The notes under the pieces were generated by a model. That model was not told the origin of the DNA. It made no database searches and was given only the letters and a program-made list of their open reading frames with translations. Source: Mycolicibacterium smegmatis (GTDB lineage Bacteria; Actinomycetota; Actinomycetes; Mycobacteriales; Mycobacteriaceae). Taken from it: a stretch of DNA of 32,000 nt. Positions 9,890 through 18,720 of this stretch are shown here, one piece after another (position 1 is the stretch's first letter; every line of letters begins with the position of its first letter). Made by a program: the position numbers and the translations under genes. The DNA is taken from contig NZ_LN831039.1 of the NCBI RefSeq assembly GCF_001457595.1, positions 6,180,001 through 6,212,000 on the forward strand, written 5' to 3'.

Positions 9890-10872
9890 GACAGAGCCCT
9901 TCCGGTCTTGGTGAAGCGGGACAGCCGCTTCTGCGGCACGGTGAGGCGCCAGCGCTGTCCCGGATCGGTGGCGATGCGCGCCCATGCGGCGAGAATCGTG
10001 GCCGATACCGTGGTGATCACGATGGCCAGGCCAGGGAAGAACGACAACCACCACGCGGTGTGCAGGTAGGTGCGCCCCTGCGCGACCATCAGGCCCCAGC
10101 TCACGTCGGGCGGCTGGATGCCGATGCCCAAGAAGCTCAGTGAGCTCTCGGCCAGCATGACGTAACAGAAGTCGAGGGTCGCGACCGTCAACAGCGTGGG
10201 CAGCACGATCGGCACGACGTGGCGCGTGATGATCGACGTCGCGCCCGCCCCGAAGGTGCGTGCGGCGTCGACGAACACGCGGCTCTGCAGCTCGGCGGAC
10301 TCGGCGCGCGCGGTGCGCAGGTACACCGGGATCCGCGTGATCGCCAGCACCAGGATGATGTTGGCCGCGCTCGGTGAGAACACGTACAGCACCACCACGG
10401 CCAGCAGCAGCGACGGGAAGCTCATGATCACGTCGGCGATGCGCATCGCGACGGTCTCGCGCCAGCCCCGGTGGTACCCGGCCCACATGCCGATCGCCGA
10501 TCCGATGACAGCCGAGAGCATTACGGCGGGAACGGCGACCGAAAGGGTCGTGCGACTCGCGACGACAAGGCGCGCGAGCATGCTGCGGCCCAGCGGGTCG
10601 GTGCCCAGGATGTCGGCCCACCCGTGGGCGAGACTGAACGGCGCGGCGTTGGAGTTGTCGAGGTCGATGTCGGTGGCGAGATCTCCGACCAGCATGGGGC
10701 CGAAGATCGCGGTGAGGAACACCAGGCCCAGTACGCACGCGGCGGTCGCCGCAACGCGGTCGTTGCCGAGCATCCGCAGCAGCGCCGCGCGGGACCGGCG
10801 CCGCGCGGGACCGGTGTCGCCGACGATGGCGGTGGTCGGCTTCGCCGGAACCAGATCGATCTGTGTACTCAT
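9886..10872 (-). CDS. ABC transporter permease (DppC/OppC-like)
   Basis: Six-helix BPD-type permease with the typical N-terminal anchor and an EAA-like region (ARAESAELQSRVFVDAARTFGAG). It lies 8 nt after the upstream permease. Confidence 0.85.
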   Translation of the reverse strand: MSTQIDLVPAKPTTAIVGDTGPARRRSRAALLRMLGNDRVAATAACVLGLVFLTAIFGPMLVGDLATDIDLDNSNAAPFSLAHGWADILGTDPLGRSMLARLVVASRTTLSVAVPAVMLSAVIGSAIGMWAGYHRGWRETVAMRIADVIMSFPSLLLAVVVLYVFSPSAANIILVLAITRIPVYLRTARAESAELQSRVFVDAARTFGAGATSIITRHVVPIVLPTLLTVATLDFCYVMLAESSLSFLGIGIQPPDVSWGLMVAQGRTYLHTAWWLSFFPGLAIVITTVSATILAAWARIATDPGQRWRLTVPQKRLSRFTKTGRALS

Positions 10873-10880
10873 GGCGGCTC

Positions 10881-11810
10881 CTAGACCTTTGCCGGTTCCC
10901 GCACCCGGGCGTCGAGCAGTGCGTAGCAGGCGTCGATGAGGATGTTGAGGACGAAAATGCTGACGGCGGTGAGCAGTACGGCGGCCTGCAGCACCGCGAA
11001 GTCGCGTTGCAGGATCGCGTCGATCATCAGCTTGCCGATGCCGGGCCAGCCGAAGATGGCCTCGACCACCACGGCGCCGTTGACGAGGCCGACCGCCAGG
11101 TCACCGGCCACGGTGAGCGCGGGTGCGGCCGCGTTGCGCAGCGCGTGGTGGCTCACGACGCGCACGTCGCCGGCACCCTTGCTGCGCGCCAACCGGATGT
11201 AGGGCGCCGACAGTGCCGAGACCATCGCGCCGCGCACCACCTGGGTGAGTACGCCGAGTGGGCGGATCATCAGCGTCGCGATCGGCAGGATCCACGACAA
11301 CACACCGCTGTCGACCCCCGAGGTGGGCAGCCAGCCCAGCAGCACCGCGAACAGCCACACCCCGGTGATGGCGAACCAGAAATCGGGGATCGACGCCGCG
11401 GTCATCGACAGCAGGCTGGAGAACCGGTCGGCCAACGAGTTGGGCCGGTAGGCGGCCCAGCAGCCGATCACGACGGCGCCGAGGATCGCGAGAAGCATTG
11501 TGGTGAGGGCCAGTTGCAGCGTGGCGGGGAACGCGCGCAGCGCCATCTCGGCGGCCGGTTCCCCGGTGCGCAGCGACGTGCCGAAGTCCAGGTGGACGAC
11601 GCCCTTGAAGTAGTCGAGCAGCTGGGCCCCGACGGACTGGTCGAATCCGTTGGCGGCGCGGAACTCCGCTCGCTGTTCAGGCGTCGCGGATTCCGGCAGG
11701 TACAGGTTGGTGGGATCCCCGGTGAGACGCGCCAGCAGGAACACCCCGAGCAGGACGATGATCAACGGCAGGGCGCTGGTGTACATCCTGCGCCGGACGA
11801 ATGGGAGCAT
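10881..11810 (-). CDS. ABC transporter permease (DppB/OppB-like)
   Basis: MLPFVRRRMYTSALPLIIVLLGVFLLARLTGDP is a typical DppB-type N-terminus. An EAA-loop region is present (YIRLARSKGAGDVRVVSHHALRNA). Confidence 0.85.
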   Translation of the reverse strand: MLPFVRRRMYTSALPLIIVLLGVFLLARLTGDPTNLYLPESATPEQRAEFRAANGFDQSVGAQLLDYFKGVVHLDFGTSLRTGEPAAEMALRAFPATLQLALTTMLLAILGAVVIGCWAAYRPNSLADRFSSLLSMTAASIPDFWFAITGVWLFAVLLGWLPTSGVDSGVLSWILPIATLMIRPLGVLTQVVRGAMVSALSAPYIRLARSKGAGDVRVVSHHALRNAAAPALTVAGDLAVGLVNGAVVVEAIFGWPGIGKLMIDAILQRDFAVLQAAVLLTAVSIFVLNILIDACYALLDARVREPAKV

Positions 11811-11837
11811 GCTCGAACCTTCCTCGGACCTTCGGCG

Positions 11838-13400
11838 TCAGTGCTCGACGGTGTCGTCAACCGCGAACGTCATCTGCGACAACCGCATCTCGTCGCCGGT
11901 CGCCGAGTTGGGCTGGTAATCCACGCGGGGCGACTTGGCGAGCACACCGGTCATGTGCGCGATGTAGGCGAACTGCGCGATCTCGTCGGGCTCGTCGGCG
12001 AAGATCTGGGCGTAGGCCTGCTGGCGCTGCTCGCCCGTGAGTTCGCCGGCCGCTTCGATCTTGGAGTCGAATTCCGGTGTGCCGTAGGCGCTCTGAGCGC
12101 CGTCACTGCGCATGTACTGGTCGACGCTGAACGCCGCGTCACCGGCCTGGTTGCCGTGCTGGATCAGCGCGATGAACGGGCCCGCATTCGGCGGGAACGG
12201 CCGCAGCTGGTACTGCAACTGGGCCGCGGTGTCCATCATCTCGATCTTCACGTTCAGCCCGATCTTGCTGAGTTCGTTCTGGATCACCTCGACGGTCTCG
12301 GTGACATTGGGGAACAGGCTGTTGCGCCCGATCAACCGGATCCCGCGGTCCACCGGCACACCGTCGGCCCTGGCCTCGTCGATCAGCTCCCTGGCGCGGT
12401 CGGGATCGTAGGGCCACAGCTCGAGATCCTCGTTGTGGCCGACGACGCCCTCGGGGATCAGTTGCGCGGCAGGCTCACCGAGCCCGCGGTACAGGGCCTT
12501 GACGATGCCGGTGCGGTTCACCGAGTAGTTGATCGCCTGGCGCACCCGCAGATCGTCGAGCGGGGGCTCGGTCGCGGTGAGCCGCAGTGCCGTGGTCTCG
12601 TTGTTGGGGAACGGCACGCCCAGATCACCTGCCCCGTCCTCGGGCCCGACCGACGTGCCGATGTCCGCCTCGTCGTTGACCACCATGGCGGCACGCACAC
12701 TGCCCTCGCTGCGCCACTGGTATTCGGCGCGGGTGAAATCCGGTGCGGCGCCCCAGTACTTCTCGTTGCGGTGCAGCACGAGTTTCTGTCCGTACTCCCA
12801 CCGTTCGATCTCATACGGGCCCGTGCCGATGGGTTCGCGCACCTTCTCGGTGACGCTCGTGGTGTGAGGCACGATCTCGATGAACGAGATGCGCAGCGGC
12901 AGAATCGGATCGGGTTTCGCCGTGCCGACCACGACGGTGTGGTCGTCGGGTGCGGAGACCTTCAGCGGGTCGTCGCCGAAGACGTAGCCGTCGACGTTGC
13001 ACTGCAGATCCGAGTTCACCGCGCGGTCGATCGAGAACGCCGCGTCGGCCGCGGTGAACGGCGTTCCGTCGGAGAACGTCACGCCGGGGCGGATGTCGAA
13101 AGTCCATTCTCGGGGCGAGGTCTGGTGCCATCCGGTGGCCAGCAGTGGCAGCAGGTCGCCGGTCTGCGGATCGCGTTCGATGAGCGGTTCGGTGATGTTG
13201 GACCGCACCACGACACCGGTCGAGGTCAGCGAACTCTCACATGGCTCAAGCGTGGGCGGTTCCTGCGGCAGGACGATGCGCAGCGTGTCGGTGTCGTATC
13301 CGCCGCGCGCGGTGTTGGCGACCGTGCAGCCGGCTGTGGCGCCGCTGGTGATGATCGCCAGGCCGGCGATGAGGGCCAGCGGGTGCGGCGCTCGGCGCAT
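11838..13400 (-). CDS. ABC transporter substrate-binding lipoprotein, family 5 (peptide/nickel/opine type)
   Basis: Family-5 SBP-like sequence throughout. It is trimmed to ATG 13400 (MRRAPHPLALIAGLAIITSGATAGC...) because this gives a signal peptide plus a lipobox-like TAGC, and it is preceded by the SD GGAGGA (13404-13412 on the + strand as tcctcc). Confidence 0.85.
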   Translation of the reverse strand: MRRAPHPLALIAGLAIITSGATAGCTVANTARGGYDTDTLRIVLPQEPPTLEPCESSLTSTGVVVRSNITEPLIERDPQTGDLLPLLATGWHQTSPREWTFDIRPGVTFSDGTPFTAADAAFSIDRAVNSDLQCNVDGYVFGDDPLKVSAPDDHTVVVGTAKPDPILPLRISFIEIVPHTTSVTEKVREPIGTGPYEIERWEYGQKLVLHRNEKYWGAAPDFTRAEYQWRSEGSVRAAMVVNDEADIGTSVGPEDGAGDLGVPFPNNETTALRLTATEPPLDDLRVRQAINYSVNRTGIVKALYRGLGEPAAQLIPEGVVGHNEDLELWPYDPDRARELIDEARADGVPVDRGIRLIGRNSLFPNVTETVEVIQNELSKIGLNVKIEMMDTAAQLQYQLRPFPPNAGPFIALIQHGNQAGDAAFSVDQYMRSDGAQSAYGTPEFDSKIEAAGELTGEQRQQAYAQIFADEPDEIAQFAYIAHMTGVLAKSPRVDYQPNSATGDEMRLSQMTFAVDDTVEH

Positions 13401-13693
13401 GTCGGATCCTCCAGAACAGTGATGTCCACGTATGTGGATGCTGGTTGTGACCGCAGACACACGTTAGGAATGCGTCTCTTGCGGCGTCAACCGGCCGAAA
13501 TCGGTCACCTCGGAGCGAAAATCGGCCTCGCGCAACACCGTTAGACCGCCTCGACGCCGCAAATGACCTGCACTTTTGCAGGCGAGTTCAGAACGGCAAT
13601 GCGTGCGACGCAACATGCCGAGGCCATTCATGCTGCTTGGATATCAAGCCATGCCATTTCCGTGTTAGACGGGTATTCGCGCGCCGCCTTACC

Positions 13694-14695
13694 GTGGTGG
13701 ATGTGTCCGCTCAAGAGGAAACCGACCGCGGCCCGCAGGGCGTCCTGCAGGTCGGCCCGCTCAAACCGTCCCTGAACCAGACCCTCGTGTCCACCTACGG
13801 CGCGTACGTGCTGCCCGACGGCCCCGAACGCGCGGACTTCCTCGCCGAGCACGGTGGCCGGATCACGGTGGCCGTGACCTCGGGCCGTACCGGCGTCGAC
13901 GCCGAACTGATGTCGGCGTTGCCCAATCTCGGCGCGGTGGTGAACTTCGGCGTCGGGTACGACACCACCGACGTCGACGCGGCCGCCGCACGCGACATCG
14001 TGGTCAGCAACACCCCGGACGTACTCAGCGACTGCGTCGCCGACACCGCGGTCGGGTTGCTGATCGACGTGATGCGCAGATTCTCGGCGTCCGACCGATA
14101 CGTGCGCGCGGGCCGTTGGGTCACCGACGGTAATTACCCTCTGGCGCACAAGGTTTCGGGTTCACGCGTCGGGATCATCGGGCTCGGCCGCATCGGCACC
14201 GCGATCGCGACCCGGCTCGGCGCATTCGGCTGCACCATCAGCTACCACAACCGCCGCGAGATCGAGGGCAGCGGTTACCGCTACGTGGGTTCGGCCGCCG
14301 ACCTCGCCGCGCAGGTCGACGTGCTGATCATCGCCGCGGCAGGCGGTGCGGGCACGCGTCACCTCGTCGACCGCGCGGTGCTCGACGCGCTCGGACCCGA
14401 CGGCTACCTGGTCAACATCGCCCGCGGCAGCGTCGTCGACGAGGACGCGCTCGTCGAGGCGCTGGCCGACGGCAGGCTCGCGGGCGCGGGTCTGGATGTG
14501 TTCACCGACGAACCCAACGTGCCGGAGGCGCTGCTGGGGATGGACAACGTGGTGCTGCTGCCGCATGTCGGAAGCGCAACCGTCGAGACCAGGAACGCGA
14601 TGGAGGCGCTCACGCTGGCCAACCTCGACGCCTACCTCAAGACCGGAGAACTCGTCACACCGGTGCCCATGCCGGCCCCGACACCGGCTCAGTAG
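13694..14695 (+). CDS. 2-hydroxyacid dehydrogenase (glyoxylate/hydroxypyruvate reductase-like)
   Basis: VLQVGPL... N-terminus, Rossmann motif VGIIGLGRIGTAIA, NIARGSVVDEDAL and PHVGSAT. The start is uncertain: GTG at 13694, 13697 or 13703. The ATG at 13637 adds an implausible leader. Confidence 0.8.
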   Translation: MVDVSAQEETDRGPQGVLQVGPLKPSLNQTLVSTYGAYVLPDGPERADFLAEHGGRITVAVTSGRTGVDAELMSALPNLGAVVNFGVGYDTTDVDAAAARDIVVSNTPDVLSDCVADTAVGLLIDVMRRFSASDRYVRAGRWVTDGNYPLAHKVSGSRVGIIGLGRIGTAIATRLGAFGCTISYHNRREIEGSGYRYVGSAADLAAQVDVLIIAAAGGAGTRHLVDRAVLDALGPDGYLVNIARGSVVDEDALVEALADGRLAGAGLDVFTDEPNVPEALLGMDNVVLLPHVGSATVETRNAMEALTLANLDAYLKTGELVTPVPMPAPTPAQ

Positions 14696-15618
14696 GCGAT
14701 CTGCTCGCCCACCAGTTCGTCGGTGGTCCATTCGCGTGGGGGCAGCACGTCCCGCAGCAGACGCAACAGGGCGGGGTTGGTGCTGTCGCCGCGCCACACC
14801 GCGTCGAGCTCCACGGGGCGTTCCCGGAACGCGCCGATTGAGCGGAACACCACGCCCTCGGGATGCAGCGTGGCGGCCGACGCGGGCACCAGCGCGATGC
14901 CGATGCCCGAGCGGACCAGCACCAGCATGGTGTGCACCTGCGTCACGTACTGCACGTAGCGCGGGGTGGCGCCCGCGATCGTGAACGTACTGATCAGCAG
15001 CTCGTTGAAATACCGTGCCTGCACGGGCGAGTACATGATCATGTCCTGGCCGTCGAGGTCGTTGAGGGTGAGCTGACGGCCCACATCGACCAGCGGATGC
15101 GACGCGGGCAGCGCCGCGATCAACTGCTCGTGCAACAGCGGCCGCGACACCAGGCCGGGGCGCTTGAGCGGTGGCCGCGCCATGCCGAGGTCGAGCTCAC
15201 CGGTCATGAGCCCTTCGATCTGCGCGGCGGTGACCATCTCCCGCAGGTCGAGCGTCACGTCGGGCAACTGCTCACGGGCCGCGTCGAGAAGACGCGGCAA
15301 CACCGCATGCGCCGACGCCGCGGTGAAACCGATGACCACGGTGCCCAGGTCGCCCGCGGGGACGCGTTTGACGTTGAGCGCGGCGCCTTCTGCGAGTTGC
15401 AGGATGCGCCGCGCATCCGGCAGGAAGGCGACGCCGGCCGGGGTGAGCGTGACCGAGCGTGTGGTGCGGTCGATCAGGTGCACCCCGAGTTCGTTCTCCA
15501 ACTGCTGTATCTGCCGGCTGAGCGGGGGCTGCGTCATGTGCAGGCGCTCGGCGGCCCGCCCGAAATGCAGTTCCTCGGCCACCGCGATGAAGCAGGACAG
15601 TCTCGACAAGGAGAACAC
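14689..15618 (-). CDS. LysR-family transcriptional regulator
   Basis: The HTH region is FSLSRLSCFIAVAEELHFGRAAERLHMTQPPLSRQIQQLENELGVHLIDRTTRSV. GTG start at 15618. The 3' end overlaps the convergent dehydrogenase by 7 nt. Confidence 0.9.
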   Translation of the reverse strand: MFSLSRLSCFIAVAEELHFGRAAERLHMTQPPLSRQIQQLENELGVHLIDRTTRSVTLTPAGVAFLPDARRILQLAEGAALNVKRVPAGDLGTVVIGFTAASAHAVLPRLLDAAREQLPDVTLDLREMVTAAQIEGLMTGELDLGMARPPLKRPGLVSRPLLHEQLIAALPASHPLVDVGRQLTLNDLDGQDMIMYSPVQARYFNELLISTFTIAGATPRYVQYVTQVHTMLVLVRSGIGIALVPASAATLHPEGVVFRSIGAFRERPVELDAVWRGDSTNPALLRLLRDVLPPREWTTDELVGEQIAY

Positions 15619-15874
15619 TGCGTCAGCCTATCGGCCCAACGGCTGATCAATGCCCGACCGGCATGAATAGCGCGCGTGGCCGACCCGATTGCGTATTCGT
15701 GGTGAACACCTGCAAAGCTGGTGGTCAGGAAACGCAGAGATCAGCCAGTAGTCTGATCTTGTGCCCCTCGAGGTTGAGCCAAAAGCCTCGGGGGTGGAGA
15801 GTTGGACGGCGTCGACACGGCTACCATTTGTCGACTGCTGCCAAGAGGGCGCACAAACACCGTCGGAGGTGACG

Positions 15875-16234
15875 ATGACGAGCCAGGACCCGGCGAACTG
15901 CACGGTGGAGGAACGCCGCCTAGGAGACATCACTGTGGTGGCGGTCACCGGAACGGTGGACATGCTGACCGCACCGAAGCTCGAAGACGCGATCGGTTCC
16001 GCTGCCAAGAGCGAGCCGTCGGCCGTGGTGGTCGATCTGAGCGCGGTGGATTTCCTTGCCTCCGCGGGCATGGGCGTGCTGGTGGCAGCACACGGCGAAC
16101 TCGCGCCGGCGGTGCGCCTGGTGGTCGTGGCGGACGGCCCGGCGACGAGCAGACCGCTCAAACTTGTCGGAATCGCCGACGTGGTCGACCTGTTCGCCAC
16201 GCTCGACGAAGCCCTCTCGTCGTTGAAGACATAA
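15875..16234 (+). CDS. anti-sigma-factor antagonist (STAS domain; RsfB/SpoIIAA/RsbV-like)
   Basis: The STAS signature VVVDLSAVDFLASAGMGVLV has a Ser at the SpoIIAA-Ser58-equivalent position (FLASAG). The ATG at 15875 is preceded by the SD GGAGGTG. 119 aa. The extension from 15761 in the track is rejected. Confidence 0.8.
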   Translation: MTSQDPANCTVEERRLGDITVVAVTGTVDMLTAPKLEDAIGSAAKSEPSAVVVDLSAVDFLASAGMGVLVAAHGELAPAVRLVVVADGPATSRPLKLVGIADVVDLFATLDEALSSLKT

Positions 16235-16267
16235 AACTGTGCGCAACCGGGTAGCCACCAGGTCGAT

Positions 16268-16714
16268 ATGACAGACGCAGGCGAGTCAACCAGTTTCATC
16301 AAGGCGGGCGTAGTTGCCGCCCCGGAACGCGCCGCCCAGTTGCGGCGCGAATTCTCGGAATGGCTCGGCACGCATTTCACGCTCGACCCGGTGAAGGCCA
16401 GTGACATCGTCCTGGCCGTCAACGAGGCGCTGGCCAACGCGGCGGAGTTTGCCTACACCAACGCCACAGAACCCGGTCTGATGCACGTGCGCGCCGATTA
16501 CGACACCGGGGCCGAGACCCTCACGGTCGTCGTCGCCGACGAGGGCACATGGCGGATAGGCGACACCGATCACAAGAATCCGGCACGGGGGCGCGGCATC
16601 CCGTTGATGCACGCGCTCACCGACCGTGCCGTCATCGACGCGACGCCCACCGGCACCAAGGTGCGCCTGCAGTGGGAGAACATCGCCCGCAGCGTCACCT
16701 CAGAACTGCGGTAA
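16268..16714 (+). CDS. anti-sigma regulatory factor / serine-protein kinase (RsbW/SpoIIAB-like, HATPase_c_2 type)
   Basis: N-box-like NEALANAAEFAY, VVADEGTW and GRGIPLMHAL. 148 aa. It lies immediately downstream of the STAS gene (33-nt gap). Confidence 0.7.
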   Translation: MTDAGESTSFIKAGVVAAPERAAQLRREFSEWLGTHFTLDPVKASDIVLAVNEALANAAEFAYTNATEPGLMHVRADYDTGAETLTVVVADEGTWRIGDTDHKNPARGRGIPLMHALTDRAVIDATPTGTKVRLQWENIARSVTSELR

Positions 16715-17146
16715 CCGCACCACCTGGACGAAGAACTCGTCGATCTGTCGCACCGCGCTCATGAACTGGTCCAGGTCAACCGGTTTGGTGACATAGGCGT
16801 TCGCGTGCAGCTTGTAGCTGCGCAGGATGTCTTCCTCGGCCGATGAGGTCGTCAGCACCACGATCGGGATGTGGCACAGGTTCTCGTCGGACTTGATCTT
16901 CTCCAGCAGTTGCCTGCCGTCGTACTTGGGCAGGTTGAGGTCGAGCAAGATCAGGTCCGGGCGGGGTGCATCCGCGTAGGGTCCCCGCCGGTACAAGAAG
17001 TCCAGCCCCTCTTCGCCGTCGTGCGCGACGTGCAGATTGTTCTTGATCTTGTTGTGCTCGAAAGCTTCCCGCGTGATGAGCTCGTCGCCCGGATCGTCCT
17101 CCACCAGGAGGATGTCGATCGCGCGGGTTTCGTCGGCTGACGTCAT
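16700..17146 (-). CDS. single-domain response regulator (CheY/Rcp1-like receiver)
   Basis: ILLVEDDPGDELI..., the acceptor region PDLILLDLNLPKYDG, then IPIVVLTTS and AYVTKP. ATG 17146-17144 forms an ATGA overlap with the kinase stop. The track ORF to 17521 is over-extended. Confidence 0.85.
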   Translation of the reverse strand: MTSADETRAIDILLVEDDPGDELITREAFEHNKIKNNLHVAHDGEEGLDFLYRRGPYADAPRPDLILLDLNLPKYDGRQLLEKIKSDENLCHIPIVVLTTSSAEEDILRSYKLHANAYVTKPVDLDQFMSAVRQIDEFFVQVVRLPQF

Positions 17147-18720
17147 GTGTTGTTTCCTTCCAGCTGGGCGTCGGTGAGGACGCCCGGCTTGTTTGTGGGC
17201 ATGACAGGCAAGGTGAAACAGAACCGGGTTCCGCCCGTGTAAGACGTGTCGATCCAGATGTTGCCGCCGTGGTGCTCGATGATCTTCTTGCACAGGGCAA
17301 GTCCGATACCGGTGCCGCTGTAGCTGTCGCGGCCGTGGAGCCGCTGGAAGATCACGAACACCTTGTCGACGAATTCCTCGGAGATGCCGATGCCGTTGTC
17401 GGACACCGTGAACAGCCAGCTGTCCACGCCGCCGCCGGTCTGGGCGTGGCACTCGATGACGATACGGGGCGCCACCCCGTCGCGGCGGAACTTCACCGCG
17501 TTGCCGAGGAGGTTCTGCCACACCATGATCAACAGCGTGGGGTCACCGTCGATGTGCGGCAGCGGTTCTTGCGGCCGGATGATCTCGGCGCCCGATTCCT
17601 CGACCGCGGTGGAGATGTTGTTCAGCGCGGCGTCGACCACCGCGTTGAGATCGACCTCGGTGGTCGTCGAATAGAGCCGGCCCACGCGTGAGAACGTGAG
17701 CAGGTCGTTGATCAGCACCTGCATGCGTTTGGCGCCGTCGACGGCGAAACCGATGTACTCGACGCCGCGCTCGTCGAGTTTGTCGCCATAACGCCGTTCG
17801 AGCAGCTGACAGAACGAGGCGACCTTGCGCAGCGGCTCCTGCAGATCATGTGAGGCCACGTAGGCGAACTGCTCGAGTTCGGCGTTGGACCGGCGCAGTT
17901 CCTCGGCCTGCTCGTCGAGCGCCAGGCGCGCCTGCTTGGACGCGTCGAGTTCATCCACGATGCGCTGGCGCATGTCCTCGACGTCGATGGCGATCGCGCG
18001 AATGTCCTTGGGACCCTTCGGTTCGATGCGCTCGGTGAAGTTGCCCTCGGTGATCCTGCGGCACGACGCGGCAAGTGCGGCCAGCGGACGGTTGACGGCG
18101 TTGCGCACCAGCACCGCCAGCACCACCGCCATTGCGAAGAACGCCACGATCATCGCGATCAGCACGCTGTTGCGCCACGTACGCATGCGTTCCATGTCCT
18201 CGATGCCGACGTTGCGCGCCTCGCTGAGATGGCGGTTCTGGACGTCGAAAAGTCCACGCAGCTGGTCGAACTGCGCTTTACCGCGCTCGGCGACCATGTC
18301 GTTGCCGATGTGCGGGCGTCCGGGCTGAATACTCGCGATCATCGGATCTGCGTAGGCGGCACGCCAAGCCGCAGCAGCCTTTTCGATCACGGCGAGATCG
18401 GCGAGGAGTTGGTCGCGGCCGTCGAGATCGTCGCGGATGCTCGCCGCGGCATCGGCCTCGGCCTGCTGCCCTTCGTCATACGGGGCCAGGAACTGGGGGT
18501 CGGCCGCGATTGCGTAACCGCGCACCGCCGTCTCCTGGTCGCGCAGCGCGGCCTGCAGTTGATAGGCCGCGACACGGGCCGGCTGGATCTCGTTGATCAG
18601 CTCATCGGAGAGGGTGTCGGTGCGGCCGACGAGCACGGCACCGGCGATCGCACCCGTGAAGACCACAACTCCCATGACCGACAGAACCAGGTTCTGCCAG
18701 CCTTGTACCGTCAATCTCAT
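17143..18720 (-). CDS. sensor histidine kinase, CHASE3-HAMP-HisKA-HATPase architecture
   Basis: Two TM helices flank a CHASE3-like segment (ETAVRGYAIAADPQFLAPYDEG). A HAMP segment follows (RPLAALAASCRRITEGNFTERI). The H-box is ASHDLQEPLRKV, and the ATPase region contains LGNAVKF, DNGIGI and GTGIGLALCKKI. Confidence 0.9.
   Translation of the reverse strand: MRLTVQGWQNLVLSVMGVVVFTGAIAGAVLVGRTDTLSDELINEIQPARVAAYQLQAALRDQETAVRGYAIAADPQFLAPYDEGQQAEADAAASIRDDLDGRDQLLADLAVIEKAAAAWRAAYADPMIASIQPGRPHIGNDMVAERGKAQFDQLRGLFDVQNRHLSEARNVGIEDMERMRTWRNSVLIAMIVAFFAMAVVLAVLVRNAVNRPLAALAASCRRITEGNFTERIEPKGPKDIRAIAIDVEDMRQRIVDELDASKQARLALDEQAEELRRSNAELEQFAYVASHDLQEPLRKVASFCQLLERRYGDKLDERGVEYIGFAVDGAKRMQVLINDLLTFSRVGRLYSTTTEVDLNAVVDAALNNISTAVEESGAEIIRPQEPLPHIDGDPTLLIMVWQNLLGNAVKFRRDGVAPRIVIECHAQTGGGVDSWLFTVSDNGIGISEEFVDKVFVIFQRLHGRDSYSGTGIGLALCKKIIEHHGGNIWIDTSYTGGTRFCFTLPVMPTNKPGVLTDAQLEGNNT

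Noticed and set aside
10863-13544. 893-aa plus-strand ORF, among the longest ORFs in the window
   Set aside because: It is antisense to the permease and SBP genes. Its translation is an Arg/Gly/His/Asp-rich low-complexity string with no recognisable motif. This is the usual high-GC shadow ORF. The opposite strand carries clear ABC-transporter signatures.
15628-16437. 269-aa minus-strand ORF across the lysR-STAS intergenic region and the STAS/kinase genes
   Set aside because: It is Ser/Thr/Ala-rich low-complexity antisense translation. The plus strand encodes a well-formed STAS domain and an RsbW-like protein with proper SD sequences.
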